DNA of 64,000 nt, taken from positions 991,298 to 1,055,297 of the forward strand of contig BOKR01000001.1 of assembly GCA_016861085.1 (NCBI GenBank). Direction: 5' to 3'. Origin of the DNA: Patescibacteria group bacterium. GTDB taxonomy: Bacteria; Patescibacteriota; Microgenomatia; UBA1400; PJMF01. Each line of letters begins with the position of its first letter. Within the stretch, counting starts at the first letter, position 1. A program made the translations under genes and the position numbers. Positions 1 through 9,862 of this stretch are shown here, one piece after another. Below the pieces are notes generated by a model. The model had not been told where the DNA came from. It ran no database searches and saw nothing but the letters and a program-made list of their open reading frames with translations.

Positions 1-2
1 TA

Positions 3-3000
3 CTTTTTACTCTCATGATCAATACCTACATACCCATCAGCACCCATTGGGTCCGTTGCTATAGTCACGTGTGACTGAATAAGATCATCTAGAAAAAACA
101 TTACCAACGACCCATCTTCTACTTCTCCATAGTGAGATCTAGTTCCAGGATTAGTGAAAGCTCCTAAAGTAGCTTTCTCCCCTCTAATGCCAACACCATC
201 TGGTCCTGTAACGATTGCATCGACAACAGCTCTAGAATCTAGCTTCTCCTCTTCACTCCTTGCTACGCCCTCTTTTCTAGCATGTGCCTGCCAGGTTCCA
301 TGGCCCATAACCACAAAATGGTTAAATGCTCTTTCTCTTTCAATCATCCAATTATTATTTTCGTCAGATACCTTTCTTGCTGTGTTTTCCTTCAGTGCAG
401 TTAAATTTTCATATAATTGATCTCCCAAAATATCTCTTATTGTTGTTTGTGAGAAAACCCCTCTGTTTTCACCAAAAATGAGGGAGTTTACTAAAAATAT
501 TTTGTTCTCTTCTAAATTTTGTTGCTCTGATTCTAAATCAATTGGGTCAAGACCAATAAATATTTCTCTAAAATTAACTGCAGAGTATTCTGCATTCCAC
601 TGTTTATCAGCCAATTCAGAATTATCAAAAAATGCAACTCTTGCGTCCTTTTGTCTGATTTCAGACTCAAACTGATCAAGTTTTCCTTCACTTTTCCCCA
701 AAAAATTTTTTAAAGTGTTTAAGTGTATATTATTCAAGCTTCTATATGTTAGTGTGTATGATACTGCTGTAGAATAGACGAAATCCACATCAACTCTTTC
801 GCATAGAAACTCCAAAAACTGGTGGTTAATTGGTGACGTTGCGTTTTCTAATGAAGAAACCAGCTGCTGTTCACTTTCACTTTGGGAATATTCTGCTAGC
901 TCATACAGTAGTTTGAAAGCCTCGAGACTCACATTATGATCTTCTAAACCAGACTGACAAATTAGTCTACTTTCTTGTAGGGTAAATCGATATTTTTGAG
1001 CCAATTCAACAAAGTTGCTCATTATCGTTTTCTTCTGCTGAGCAATAAAAATAACCTTATCTTTAACTTGTTGTTCAGTAACGTACAACTCAAAAATATT
1101 GAGGTAGTACATTAAACCCTGAAAATCAATCGAGTCCTCTCGTAAGTATTGGGCAAATGCATCTGAAATTTTTTCAGAAGTATAACCCCTTTCCTGACTG
1201 TGATCATGAAGTGGCACTAGAACTGTTAAAGATAAATTTTTCTCAGAAGCAATATACTCTGACAATAATTCTTCAAATTCTTCTTTATTATTAATGCATA
1301 ACACAAATAATTTTAGAATTTCATTTTGTCTTGGACTACCCGAAAGAATATATTTTTTTAGTAATTGTCTAGCTTCACTGGTATCGATAACATCTTGATC
1401 CAAAAATATCTGTACTTCACTGGCTGATAATGTAAAAATGTTATGTTTTTTTTCAAAATCTCCAGTGAAAGTATCCCAAAACCTTCTTTTCTCTTCACGA
1501 GTAAAAGGATCACCTAATTTTTCTGCGTGTTCAAATAAAACAAGGCATGTATCAGCTGAAAACCGAACATCGGTATTCAGGTATCTATACGAAATCTCTT
1601 TGAATTTTTGAGCATTAATTTCACCTTTGCTCAGTTTTACTATGTTATCTATTTGAGTTGCATACGGATAACCATCTATCACTTCAACCAATGCTTCTTC
1701 ATAATCTGCTGGGCTCTTGTATCCTGCTAAAGTCCCCAACTCAGACAACAAATCAATATCAGCCTTATCTCTTCCAGATAGATAGCGAAAAATATATTTA
1801 TAATCTTCTTCAGTTACCTCTTCCGATTCTTTTAAGACTTTACCTTCTTTAGCAAGATCAAGGAGAAAAAAAACTGATTCATAACTGCTTGGGTCGGACC
1901 TTGTCACTATAAAATCTACGAGTTCCTTCGCCGTCATCGGTTCAAGCTGATCTTGATTTAAATATTGTTTTAGTTCCTGATCCCAAAACAAACCCTCGAC
2001 CGTTTGGTCTTTTCTTTCCTCCCAATAAACATTTGCCTTATGAAGTCCAGTTAAAACAGCAGTTGTTTCATATAAAATATGGGGCTGAACCCTTGCTAAA
2101 TCAATAAGCTTTTTAACGTCTTCCAAAGACATACCCCTCGCAGCACATCTCACAACTAACGCTTTCTCACCAAGTGCAATAAGTTCCTGGGCATATGTAA
2201 CAAATTCTGGATAGACTACTTGAAAAACTTCACTATAGAGGGCATTCTGGACATCCACGTTGCTGCAGTTAGCAAACAACGCTTTAAACCATTCTGTATC
2301 CTGTGTAAAATTGTGCTCTAAAACAGAATTTATAGAAATTTTAGATTTAGCTGCAACTGCGCTGATCACTCTAATATCATTTGTTGCAAAAAGAGATTCA
2401 GGAAAATAAGTCCATTGTGTGTTGACAATTTTTTCTTTTAATTTTTCTGAAGCATTGCTCCAACCAAATTCGATCGCTGTATCTAAAACACTACTCATCT
2501 CCCAATCACTTAAATCATAACCCAGAGCTCTATCTAACAACATTTGACCACCTAAAGATTTTACTCGTTCCGAGTGACCACTTGCTATTTCTCTTAGTAA
2601 CCTCTGAGCCTGATATTTTCCCATTTCCATCACTGAGATTTTTTCTCTCCATGGTTCTGGAAAACTAAAGGATTCTAAGTAAATCACTCCGGTACTCAAT
2701 ATATCTTCCAAGGTCAAGCCTTCGTTTAGTGGGAATCTATCTGCAAACTCTTTTGGAATTTCTCCAACGTCTTTGCCAGCATATTTTATGCCCTCAAAAA
2801 AGTGTCTAAACCACTCTGTTGGCAAAGTTTTTCCGGTGTCCACTAACTGCCAAAACTGAGCATCTGCAAGAAAAGCTGTAAAACCTTTAGAAAAAAGGTA
2901 TGTTCTTAAAGCATTTAGTTTTTGTTCCTCAGTTTGCAGAAGTTCACCAACAAATTCGTATGCTAACTGTGTTTGTTCTCTGTTTGTTTTGTTTGAAAAA

Positions 3001-3863
3001 AGCGAAGAAATAAAATATTCCACCTTCCACCCCCTAGGTATCATGGGTTTTGCAAAGGTAAATAAATTGTTCTTTATTAATAATTCAATAATTCTTGATT
3101 GTAAATATGAGTCAGTATTATCTAAGTACTCAAAAATTATTGGCGAAATTGTGTTGTTATCTTCTATAATGCCAATACAAACATTTGCTAGCTCTGTAGG
3201 TTTAATAGCGCTAATTGCTTGTCTAAAATCTTGTTTACTTGCTTCACTAAATATATCAAAATTCAAAAAAGCTGAATGCAAAAATTCATTCCTAACATCT
3301 GACTTTAGCAAGTCTTGCATTTGTTGTAAGGTGAGTGACCTGCCATTTTCACCTCTAGCAAGGACTAAGGATTCTTCTAATTTTAGAAATGACTTAGCAT
3401 AGGTAACATTTTCTTTATCGGCATTTCCCTTAGAAAAAAGTCTCTTATAGTTTGCTGTAAGTCTCTCATTGCTTACAACGTGTTTTGCCAACTCTTGGAA
3501 GTTCCATCTACTAATATAAAAGTCCGTGATATTGGCATCAACGTTGTTATCTATTAAAGCCTTAATTATCGATATGTCGGTATCATGTAAATAAACATCG
3601 AGAAAATTATTTTCAACAAACTTAGACAGTTCCGATTCAAAAATGTCACCCTTGACCTTTTTTTGCAAAGAAAAAAACTCAACTACAGTAATAACTGTTA
3701 ATTTTTCCTTCTCCTCTTCAGAAGTAATACCAAGTCTAGAGATCTCTGAGAGTTTCTTTTGGTAATATTCAAGAGCCTCAGCTTCATTTTTTAACGAGAG
3801 GTTGGGCTTGAAAAAATTCTCTTTCTGAATATGTAGATCTTCAACTGGTGTTGGCATCACCAT
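3..3863 (-). CDS. Large hypothetical protein (>1280 aa, truncated by window edge); C-terminal part has an HGT motif reminiscent of ADP-ribosyltransferase-like domains
   Basis: ATG at 3863/3857 (MVMPTPVEDLHIQKENFFKP...). The same frame reads open at the left edge (...FVVMGHGTWQAH...DGYVGIDHESKK). Not in the track, consistent with no stop codon inside the window; the middle was not checked codon by codon. Confidence 0.8.
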   Translation of the reverse strand, partial: MVMPTPVEDLHIQKENFFKPNLSLKNEAEALEYYQKKLSEISRLGITSEEEKEKLTVITVVEFFSLQKKVKGDIFESELSKFVENNFLDVYLHDTDISIIKALIDNNVDANITDFYISRWNFQELAKHVVSNERLTANYKRLFSKGNADKENVTYAKSFLKLEESLVLARGENGRSLTLQQMQDLLKSDVRNEFLHSAFLNFDIFSEASKQDFRQAISAIKPTELANVCIGIIEDNNTISPIIFEYLDNTDSYLQSRIIELLIKNNLFTFAKPMIPRGWKVEYFISSLFSNKTNREQTQLAYEFVGELLQTEEQKLNALRTYLFSKGFTAFLADAQFWQLVDTGKTLPTEWFRHFFEGIKYAGKDVGEIPKEFADRFPLNEGLTLEDILSTGVIYLESFSFPEPWREKISVMEMGKYQAQRLLREIASGHSERVKSLGGQMLLDRALGYDLSDWEMSSVLDTAIEFGWSNASEKLKEKIVNTQWTYFPESLFATNDIRVISAVAAKSKISINSVLEHNFTQDTEWFKALFANCSNVDVQNALYSEVFQVVYPEFVTYAQELIALGEKALVVRCAARGMSLEDVKKLIDLARVQPHILYETTAVLTGLHKANVYWEERKDQTVEGLFWDQELKQYLNQDQLEPMTAKELVDFIVTRSDPSSYESVFFLLDLAKEGKVLKESEEVTEEDYKYIFRYLSGRDKADIDLLSELGTLAGYKSPADYEEALVEVIDGYPYATQIDNIVKLSKGEINAQKFKEISYRYLNTDVRFSADTCLVLFEHAEKLGDPFTREEKRRFWDTFTGDFEKKHNIFTLSASEVQIFLDQDVIDTSEARQLLKKYILSGSPRQNEILKLFVLCINNKEEFEELLSEYIASEKNLSLTVLVPLHDHSQERGYTSEKISDAFAQYLREDSIDFQGLMYYLNIFELYVTEQQVKDKVIFIAQQKKTIMSNFVELAQKYRFTLQESRLICQSGLEDHNVSLEAFKLLYELAEYSQSESEQQLVSSLENATSPINHQFLEFLCERVDVDFVYSTAVSYTLTYRSLNNIHLNTLKNFLGKSEGKLDQFESEIRQKDARVAFFDNSELADKQWNAEYSAVNFREIFIGLDPIDLESEQQNLEENKIFLVNSLIFGENRGVFSQTTIRDILGDQLYENLTALKENTARKVSDENNNWMIERERAFNHFVVMGHGTWQAHARKEGVARSEEEKLDSRAVVDAIVTGPDGVGIRGEKATLGAFTNPGTRSHYGEVEDGSLVMFFLDDLIQSHVTIATDPMGADGYVGIDHESKK

Positions 3864-3906
3864 TGAGTATACTCAAGTAAAAGAAACAATTGTAGAGGGA
3901 ATAAAG

Positions 3907-4350
3907 CTACCTCCCCCGCTTCATTTCCCTTGCAATATCCCGTTGAATGGTTCGTTCTTTCATTTTGGCGCGCTTGTCATGTAGCTTCAAACCACGACCT
4001 AAGCCAAACGTTAACTTAACTTTGTTTCCAATTAAATCAAAACTGAGCGGAACAAGCGCGCGACCTTTTTCGGTGATAGCAGTTGTGAGTGCCGTTATTT
4101 CTTTTTTGCGCAACAATAATTTCCGGGTTCTTTTAGGATCATATTCTGCGTTATTAGCAAATTTGTATGGTGATATTTGTGCATTAATTAGAACTAATTC
4201 ATCACCAAAAGATTTAATAAAACTACCAGTCAGACTACCGCTTTGATTTCGCAAACTTTTCACCTCTGGGCCACTCAAAACAACACCTGCTGTATAGGTT
4301 TTCTCGATTGCATACTCGTGTGTTGCTTTTTTATTTTTTAGTAGCTGCAT
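3907..4350 (-). CDS. smpB: SsrA-binding protein SmpB
   Basis: NKKATHEY, AGVVLSGPEVKSLR, DPKRTRKLLL, GLKLHDKR motifs. Confidence 0.97.
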   Translation of the reverse strand: MQLLKNKKATHEYAIEKTYTAGVVLSGPEVKSLRNQSGSLTGSFIKSFGDELVLINAQISPYKFANNAEYDPKRTRKLLLRKKEITALTTAITEKGRALVPLSFDLIGNKVKLTFGLGRGLKLHDKRAKMKERTIQRDIAREMKRGR

Positions 4351-4373
4351 GGCTACTATTATATCAGGCTAAA

Positions 4374-6428
4374 CTACAAATTAATCTGATACACAATCGA
4401 CCCACTTGCCACAAAAATTTTTCCTAATGACTCACTCGCTGTAATAGCACTTGCTGCACCAAGTGAAACCGACTTTATTTCCCTAACAAAATCGCCGTTC
4501 TTATTAAATAAAATAATTCTATTATTACTTGGATCCAACACATATAATTTTTCTAAGTTTTCATTTGTGTAGGCATAAATATCAGAAGTGAATGCAACAT
4601 CTAATCCTCTTAAAGTAAGCGTTTCTTCTCTTCCAGAAGTGAATTTTTTGATCTGCCCATCGCTAGTAGTCAACCAAACATCACCATCAATTGACATGGA
4701 CCGTAAATCTTCATATCTAATTCCTGTAGCAGACTTCATCCACCCAACAGGCTCTGAGTACCCATCTTCAGTCTCAGCATATCTATATATATTTCTTTTT
4801 TCTGGATTAACCACATACACAAATCTGTCATAGGCATCAAGTAAAGACGCTGTCTTATTAGAATCACCAGCTTCTCTTACAGTTTCAAGCTCAGTATCTT
4901 CATCAAGATTAATCTTATATTTGTAAACACCGTTACTGATCACAAAAATATACTCACCTTGCATAACTGCGCCACTAAATTCAGAGCGATCAGAGAAGTT
5001 GCGAATCCGTACTTTTTTTGTATCCGAATCAAGCAACAATACTTGTTTCATTTCTTTGTCATACACAATGATTGAATTGTTCTGCATGTCAATGCCTGTT
5101 GCAATAAAATCAGATTTAGCTAAACGCAGGTCATAAAAGGTTTCCAGCTCTTGCAGTTCTTCTCTTCCAGAAATTGATTCTAAATACAATGTCAACGCCT
5201 CTTTTTCCTTGGCCAGCAGCTGCTTTGAGCTGCTTTGTTCATTTTCTTTTTCTAAGTTGGAAATCTGTTCAAGAGCGGATGCAATAGTTTGTCGAGCCAC
5301 AATTGGATCAGTGACAACCTGTTCCTTTGCCAGACTTACCGATGACTGAATAGGCACCAGCAATGATTGAATACGTTGTTCCTCTTTATTTCTTTGGTAC
5401 GAAAATACTCCAATAAGACCTAATGCAACCAGAGTTACTACAGCAGCAACTAATAACTTCCATAAACCTTTTCTAGGACGACTTACATCTGAGACGTAAA
5501 CAGTTCTCTTATTAAATAGAGACTGCATCCCTTCACGCCTAACCTGTGAAACTGCATCTGCTACTCGTTTAAAATCAATTTGCCTCATTTTGAGCCAGAT
5601 TTGCAACAATAATTTTTTCAATAAACGCAGCAGCCACTTAAAAAAAGGCACACTTTTGTCCTTGATTACCTCAAACCAGTGTTTTCCAAGATCAGCAGCT
5701 TTATTCACTGACTCTGGAACCTGGATTTTATCAACTTCCAAGCTAACCTGTGCAAGATCAACTTCAGTAGCATCACTTAAAACTTCTTCAACTAAATCTT
5801 CTTCTGAAACTTCAAGGAAAGGAGCACTTTCTTCTTTAGTTTCTGCTACGACTTCATTTTTGTCTTCATCTTTATTCACAAACACCAACGCGGAAAGAGA
5901 TGAATCATCTTGGGCGTGCAGCCCAGGCACTACAGAAGTAATGATTATGTCAACATCATATCCCTGCTGAAACTTAAGTTGAATTTCACTTAAAAATTGA
6001 TCAGCTTGTAGTGTGGTTAAAACGAACACATCATCAGACTCATACGTGCCTTCAACAAGCTTAACCTCATACTCACTTGAGAGAATCTTGCCTGATTTTT
6101 CTCCTCTTTTGAGAAAAATTGTTCCGCCATAGGTTGCAAAAATACTCTTGCTTCTACCTAAAACAGCACAAGCAAAATACATTTTGCACTCATTGGCATG
6201 GGCATACGAAACCAGCTGCTGCAAAAACTCATGCAATTGCTCAGCATCATAAAAATAATAATCGGAAACCTTCTCACTAATATCCCTGCCAACATTACCA
6301 GCATGCTTGCCAGATATAGCGTAAACAACGATCAAACGAACACTAACAGAAACGGTACTTTCTGCCACTTGTGACCAACCGGTAAACTGTGGCAACCCAA
6401 CAACTGGGGTGACCTTCAATCGAAGCAT
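4374..6428 (-). CDS. Membrane-anchored protein: degenerate PP2C-like N-domain, TM helix, coiled coil, C-terminal beta-propeller-like repeats
   Basis: 684 aa; TM LWKLLVAAVVTLVALGLIGVF; C-terminal IDGDVWL and LYVLDPSNNRIILFNKNG NHL-like strands. Confidence 0.6.
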   Translation of the reverse strand: MLRLKVTPVVGLPQFTGWSQVAESTVSVSVRLIVVYAISGKHAGNVGRDISEKVSDYYFYDAEQLHEFLQQLVSYAHANECKMYFACAVLGRSKSIFATYGGTIFLKRGEKSGKILSSEYEVKLVEGTYESDDVFVLTTLQADQFLSEIQLKFQQGYDVDIIITSVVPGLHAQDDSSLSALVFVNKDEDKNEVVAETKEESAPFLEVSEEDLVEEVLSDATEVDLAQVSLEVDKIQVPESVNKAADLGKHWFEVIKDKSVPFFKWLLRLLKKLLLQIWLKMRQIDFKRVADAVSQVRREGMQSLFNKRTVYVSDVSRPRKGLWKLLVAAVVTLVALGLIGVFSYQRNKEEQRIQSLLVPIQSSVSLAKEQVVTDPIVARQTIASALEQISNLEKENEQSSSKQLLAKEKEALTLYLESISGREELQELETFYDLRLAKSDFIATGIDMQNNSIIVYDKEMKQVLLLDSDTKKVRIRNFSDRSEFSGAVMQGEYIFVISNGVYKYKINLDEDTELETVREAGDSNKTASLLDAYDRFVYVVNPEKRNIYRYAETEDGYSEPVGWMKSATGIRYEDLRSMSIDGDVWLTTSDGQIKKFTSGREETLTLRGLDVAFTSDIYAYTNENLEKLYVLDPSNNRIILFNKNGDFVREIKSVSLGAASAITASESLGKIFVASGSIVYQINL

Positions 6429-6463
6429 TACCCAAATTTTACCACATCTTTAATAAAATAAAC

Positions 6464-6727
6464 CTACAGAACTGTAAAGAAATATATCAAAACAAGTATA
6501 GCTGCTATTAAATGAATAAAACCAAGTAATTTAATAATTTGAGATGCAGTTGTTGAAACAGTCTTACTCATCATCGCTATTTGTCTGGTAACTAAAATCG
6601 CAAACAATAAATACAGTACCCCTGCAATAATAAACATCGATTTTACACCAAAAAGGATGACTGCCTCACCATTTGCAAACGGGTCACTAAGCAAGCCAGA
6701 ACCAGAAATAAGAGTGAATAGTTGCAC
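6464..6727 (-). CDS. Small two-TM membrane protein
   Basis: 87 aa, two hydrophobic helices, 1-nt overlap with upstream gene. Confidence 0.7.
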   Translation of the reverse strand: MQLFTLISGSGLLSDPFANGEAVILFGVKSMFIIAGVLYLLFAILVTRQIAMMSKTVSTTASQIIKLLGFIHLIAAILVLIYFFTVL

Positions 6728-7404
6728 TAGACTACCCTCCCCTCAAATTTTTCAAGTTCTTCTTCTAGAATCAAGTCATTTAATAATGCGGTCACTTTTG
6801 AAGGATGTGGTACATTTTCAAAACGCAATTCCTGTTTAGTGGCAGCAGTTTGGATAATTACGGTTCCATAATCAACCAACGATGAGAAGAATCCTGCATT
6901 TATCGAGGTAATGTCTTCAATGTTATCTATCTTTGTTGTAGAGATATCTTTGTATATCAATGAAATAAAATCTACGTCTATTACTCTTTCGTCAGTAATA
7001 ATATATACGTGGTAAAACCACTTTAAAAAAGACTCAACAATCAAGCCAAATGTTAATAAATACCAACCCAGTCCTGCTGCAAACTGATATCTGCCTGGAA
7101 GGAAATCAAAAATTCCAGAAGAACTAAACAACATTGGCAAAAAAAACATGATTATGACAAGCAAAAACCATTTTAACTGTGTGATTGGATGCTGGCGCAT
7201 TACGAGAATAATTTGCTCATGTTCAGACAAAATGTCCACAGATAATTTTCTTGGTTTGGGCAGAAAAGCCTTCCAAATACCATCAGTTGGTTGTTCATTT
7301 CGCATTACCTCAGAATATTCATCAACTGATCTTCTTGGACCAGTTTTTTCTGGAGCAGTTGTGCCAGTCTTCTCTTCTTTTACTCTGTGTTTTCTGTGAG
7401 GCAT
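6727..7404 (-). CDS. Membrane protein with bacterial PH (bPH_2-like) domain
   Basis: Two TMs then YIITDERVID...IEDIT...DYGTVIIQTA...FENVPHP. Confidence 0.8.
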   Translation of the reverse strand: MPHRKHRVKEEKTGTTAPEKTGPRRSVDEYSEVMRNEQPTDGIWKAFLPKPRKLSVDILSEHEQIILVMRQHPITQLKWFLLVIIMFFLPMLFSSSGIFDFLPGRYQFAAGLGWYLLTFGLIVESFLKWFYHVYIITDERVIDVDFISLIYKDISTTKIDNIEDITSINAGFFSSLVDYGTVIIQTAATKQELRFENVPHPSKVTALLNDLILEEELEKFEGRVV

Positions 7405-7434
7405 GTTTTTATTATATCACCTGGTTTTTTCATT

Positions 7435-8037
7435 TTATAGGAATTTTTCAAATTTCCGTTCAGGAGGAAATTGTTCCCAGTGTGGGGCTACAAAAAAAAG
7501 AACTCTATAATCTTCAACTATTTCTTTTTTTCCAGAATATGGATCTTCCACTTCATTTGTGTCCCACCACCTGTGCATAAATACAGGAATCTCTACAATT
7601 CTATTTTGATCTGCAAAATCTTTATATGGATCAACAATTATTAAGGCATCTGCATCATCATCAACATTTACCACAACACTATAATGACCAAAATCAAGAT
7701 CCTCATCGCCAATGTCCTGAGATTCTTCTTCTTCAGAGCCATAGAAAAGTCCCTGCCACTCCACAGCAACCGCATACCCTCTGGAAAGCAAATAACGAAT
7801 GTCATCTAAACTCGCACTGTATTTGTACCAAAAATGAATATGCGGCGCCAGTTTAACAGAAGCCAGTGCAATTTGATCAATTCGCATGCCATACTCTTCA
7901 AGCTTATCTTCAGAAATTTGGGCAGCCTCTCTAACTTCATCTTGGTCAATTTCAACACCAACCGCTTCAAGCAACATCTCCAACACTGCTGGTCCACAAT
8001 GACTTTCCGAAATTTGCTGAACGCGACGAATATCCAT
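7435..8037 (-). CDS. Stand-alone C39-like papain-fold cysteine peptidase
   Basis: QQISESHCGPAVLEM (Gln/Cys), GHYSVV (His), IVDPY (Asp). Confidence 0.85.
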   Translation of the reverse strand: MDIRRVQQISESHCGPAVLEMLLEAVGVEIDQDEVREAAQISEDKLEEYGMRIDQIALASVKLAPHIHFWYKYSASLDDIRYLLSRGYAVAVEWQGLFYGSEEEESQDIGDEDLDFGHYSVVVNVDDDADALIIVDPYKDFADQNRIVEIPVFMHRWWDTNEVEDPYSGKKEIVEDYRVLFFVAPHWEQFPPERKFEKFL

Positions 8038-8051
8038 ATAATCTTATTGTA

Positions 8052-9101
8052 TTATAAATTCCCCTTTTGAATTTTTCTGGCATGTTTACTTATGAGACTC
8101 TTTAAAAAGTAAGTAAAATCAATCCCATGTAGAGCAAGCACCTCTGTCATAGGCAAACCCTTATCTGGTCCAAGCGCCGTGTTTGGATTGCAATCTATGA
8201 AATATGGGGTATTTGTTTCAAGATTATAGCGAATATCAAATTTGGCATAGTCTCTATACCCCAAAATATCAAAAGCTCTTATGGCTAATGGATTAATTTT
8301 ATCTTGAATGAACTGTTCCGGAATTTTGTAAGAATACGCTCTTGCATCCTCATAGCTTTCTAAACTCGTAAAGTCATATTTGCCGTCTGGTTTGATTCTG
8401 AATTTCTTTTCCCCTAAAAATACATGCTTCTTTCTACCATCATCAAAAACTACACAAGTAACCTCCGGACCATTCTCAAATTTTTCAACAATGACCGGAA
8501 TTTTATATGTCTCAATCATTTTTTTGACTTTTTTTTCTGCAGCTTCTAAAGTTTCTTTAACTGCCTTATTGTCAATGCCAACACTCCCACCACTTTCATT
8601 TAGTTTCACAATCAGTGGAAATCCTAAATCAGTTGGGACATTAGAACGTAAATCTCTAATCAGTTTGTAGTCTGGAGTAGGGATATCTAGAGAAATCAGG
8701 AGTTGTTTAAATAAATGCCTATCGTTACCAACTACCAGGCCCTTTAACCCAGCCCCAGTATATTGAATTGCTGATAATTCCAGCGCCCCAGGAATTGCCG
8801 GCTGAAGTGAGTCTTTACCCTTAACAGTGTCTGCTAGATTGACTACTAAGTCAGGTTGGTCCACCAAAATGTTAGTAAAAAAATATTGATCTGCGGCATA
8901 TCCCTTAACTGGTATCCCAAGTTTGGCAATTTCTGCGATTACCTCTTCGGCTCGCTCTTCAACTTCTACTTCGGCTTCATATGCACCTTGAGTTGCGTAG
9001 TCCTCTCTATTTACTTTTGAGTACGAGACGGCTACTAAACTGAGTGCTTTCAAAGCCTCGTCATCAATAAAAAAATTTGGGAGTGAAATAGATTGATTCA
9101 T
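8052..9101 (-). CDS. D-Ala-D-Ala ligase-like ATP-grasp enzyme (divergent)
   Basis: IQYTGAG, FPLIVKLNESGGSVGI, VEKFENGPEVT, YAKFDIR, FIDCNPN; lacks the canonical Ddl N-terminal GGxSxE. Confidence 0.8.
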   Translation of the reverse strand: MNQSISLPNFFIDDEALKALSLVAVSYSKVNREDYATQGAYEAEVEVEERAEEVIAEIAKLGIPVKGYAADQYFFTNILVDQPDLVVNLADTVKGKDSLQPAIPGALELSAIQYTGAGLKGLVVGNDRHLFKQLLISLDIPTPDYKLIRDLRSNVPTDLGFPLIVKLNESGGSVGIDNKAVKETLEAAEKKVKKMIETYKIPVIVEKFENGPEVTCVVFDDGRKKHVFLGEKKFRIKPDGKYDFTSLESYEDARAYSYKIPEQFIQDKINPLAIRAFDILGYRDYAKFDIRYNLETNTPYFIDCNPNTALGPDKGLPMTEVLALHGIDFTYFLKSLISKHARKIQKGNL

Positions 9102-9172
9102 ATATAGTATATATTGTCAGTTCCAGAGTACTTTGTCTAGCCAATAAAAAAAATTGGTGTTTGGGTATTTTT

Positions 9173-9796
9173 TTATGAAACAGGTATTTTACTTAAAGAC
9201 AAAGCAACTTCAGCAAAGCTCATTTTATGACTTTCAAAAAAAAAGTTGTCGAGCATTTCTTTACAGTTTTGGTGAAACTCTTCTATGGTGCCATTATTTT
9301 TAAGAGTGAAATCAGCTAGATCAATACAAGCCTGCACCTGCTGTCCAGATTCTGCTTCACCTTTGCCCAAGTCTCTTTCATCAATTCTTTTGAAAGAAGA
9401 AACTGTGGCATCATCTTCGCCTCTGACTTTTGCTCTTTCAAGATATCGTTCTACACGACGATTTTTATAAGCTGAAATAGTAACAATTTTGCCTCCAAAA
9501 TTATTTTTAATCGCAAAAATTTCTTCAGGATTACGAATTCCGTCGATCACAACGAAATCTTCTTTACGGATTCTTTCTTCTAAACGATTTACTAGCACCG
9601 CTCCACCATACGTTTCTCGCAGATCGTTGCCAACATCCTGCAAGTTCTTTCTGGTCATTTCCAAACCCCTAGCCATTGTCTCTTCTCGGACCACATTAGA
9701 AAGCGAAAAATACGTAAATCCAAGAGATTGCAAGTACTCACTAATTGTTCCTTTTCCACTGGCGATTGGCCCAACAAGACCGATAACGATTTGCAT
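9173..9796 (-). CDS. P-loop nucleotide kinase (dephospho-CoA kinase/NMP kinase-like)
   Basis: Walker A GPIASGKGT, VVIDGIRNPEE; start moved to MQIVIG. Confidence 0.85.
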   Translation of the reverse strand: MQIVIGLVGPIASGKGTISEYLQSLGFTYFSLSNVVREETMARGLEMTRKNLQDVGNDLRETYGGAVLVNRLEERIRKEDFVVIDGIRNPEEIFAIKNNFGGKIVTISAYKNRRVERYLERAKVRGEDDATVSSFKRIDERDLGKGEAESGQQVQACIDLADFTLKNNGTIEEFHQNCKEMLDNFFFESHKMSFAEVALSLSKIPVS

Positions 9797-9862
9797 GTAA
9801 AACCAACTGTAGCACTTTGGGAATTTGAAATATATATGCAAAAAAGGTTATTACTTTGGCTC

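Noticed and set aside
154-3402. Short plus-strand ORFs at the window start
   Set aside because: Antisense shadows of the long minus-strand ORF.
3864-4373. tmRNA next to smpB
   Set aside because: No room and no tRNA-like ends in the flanking intergenic gaps.
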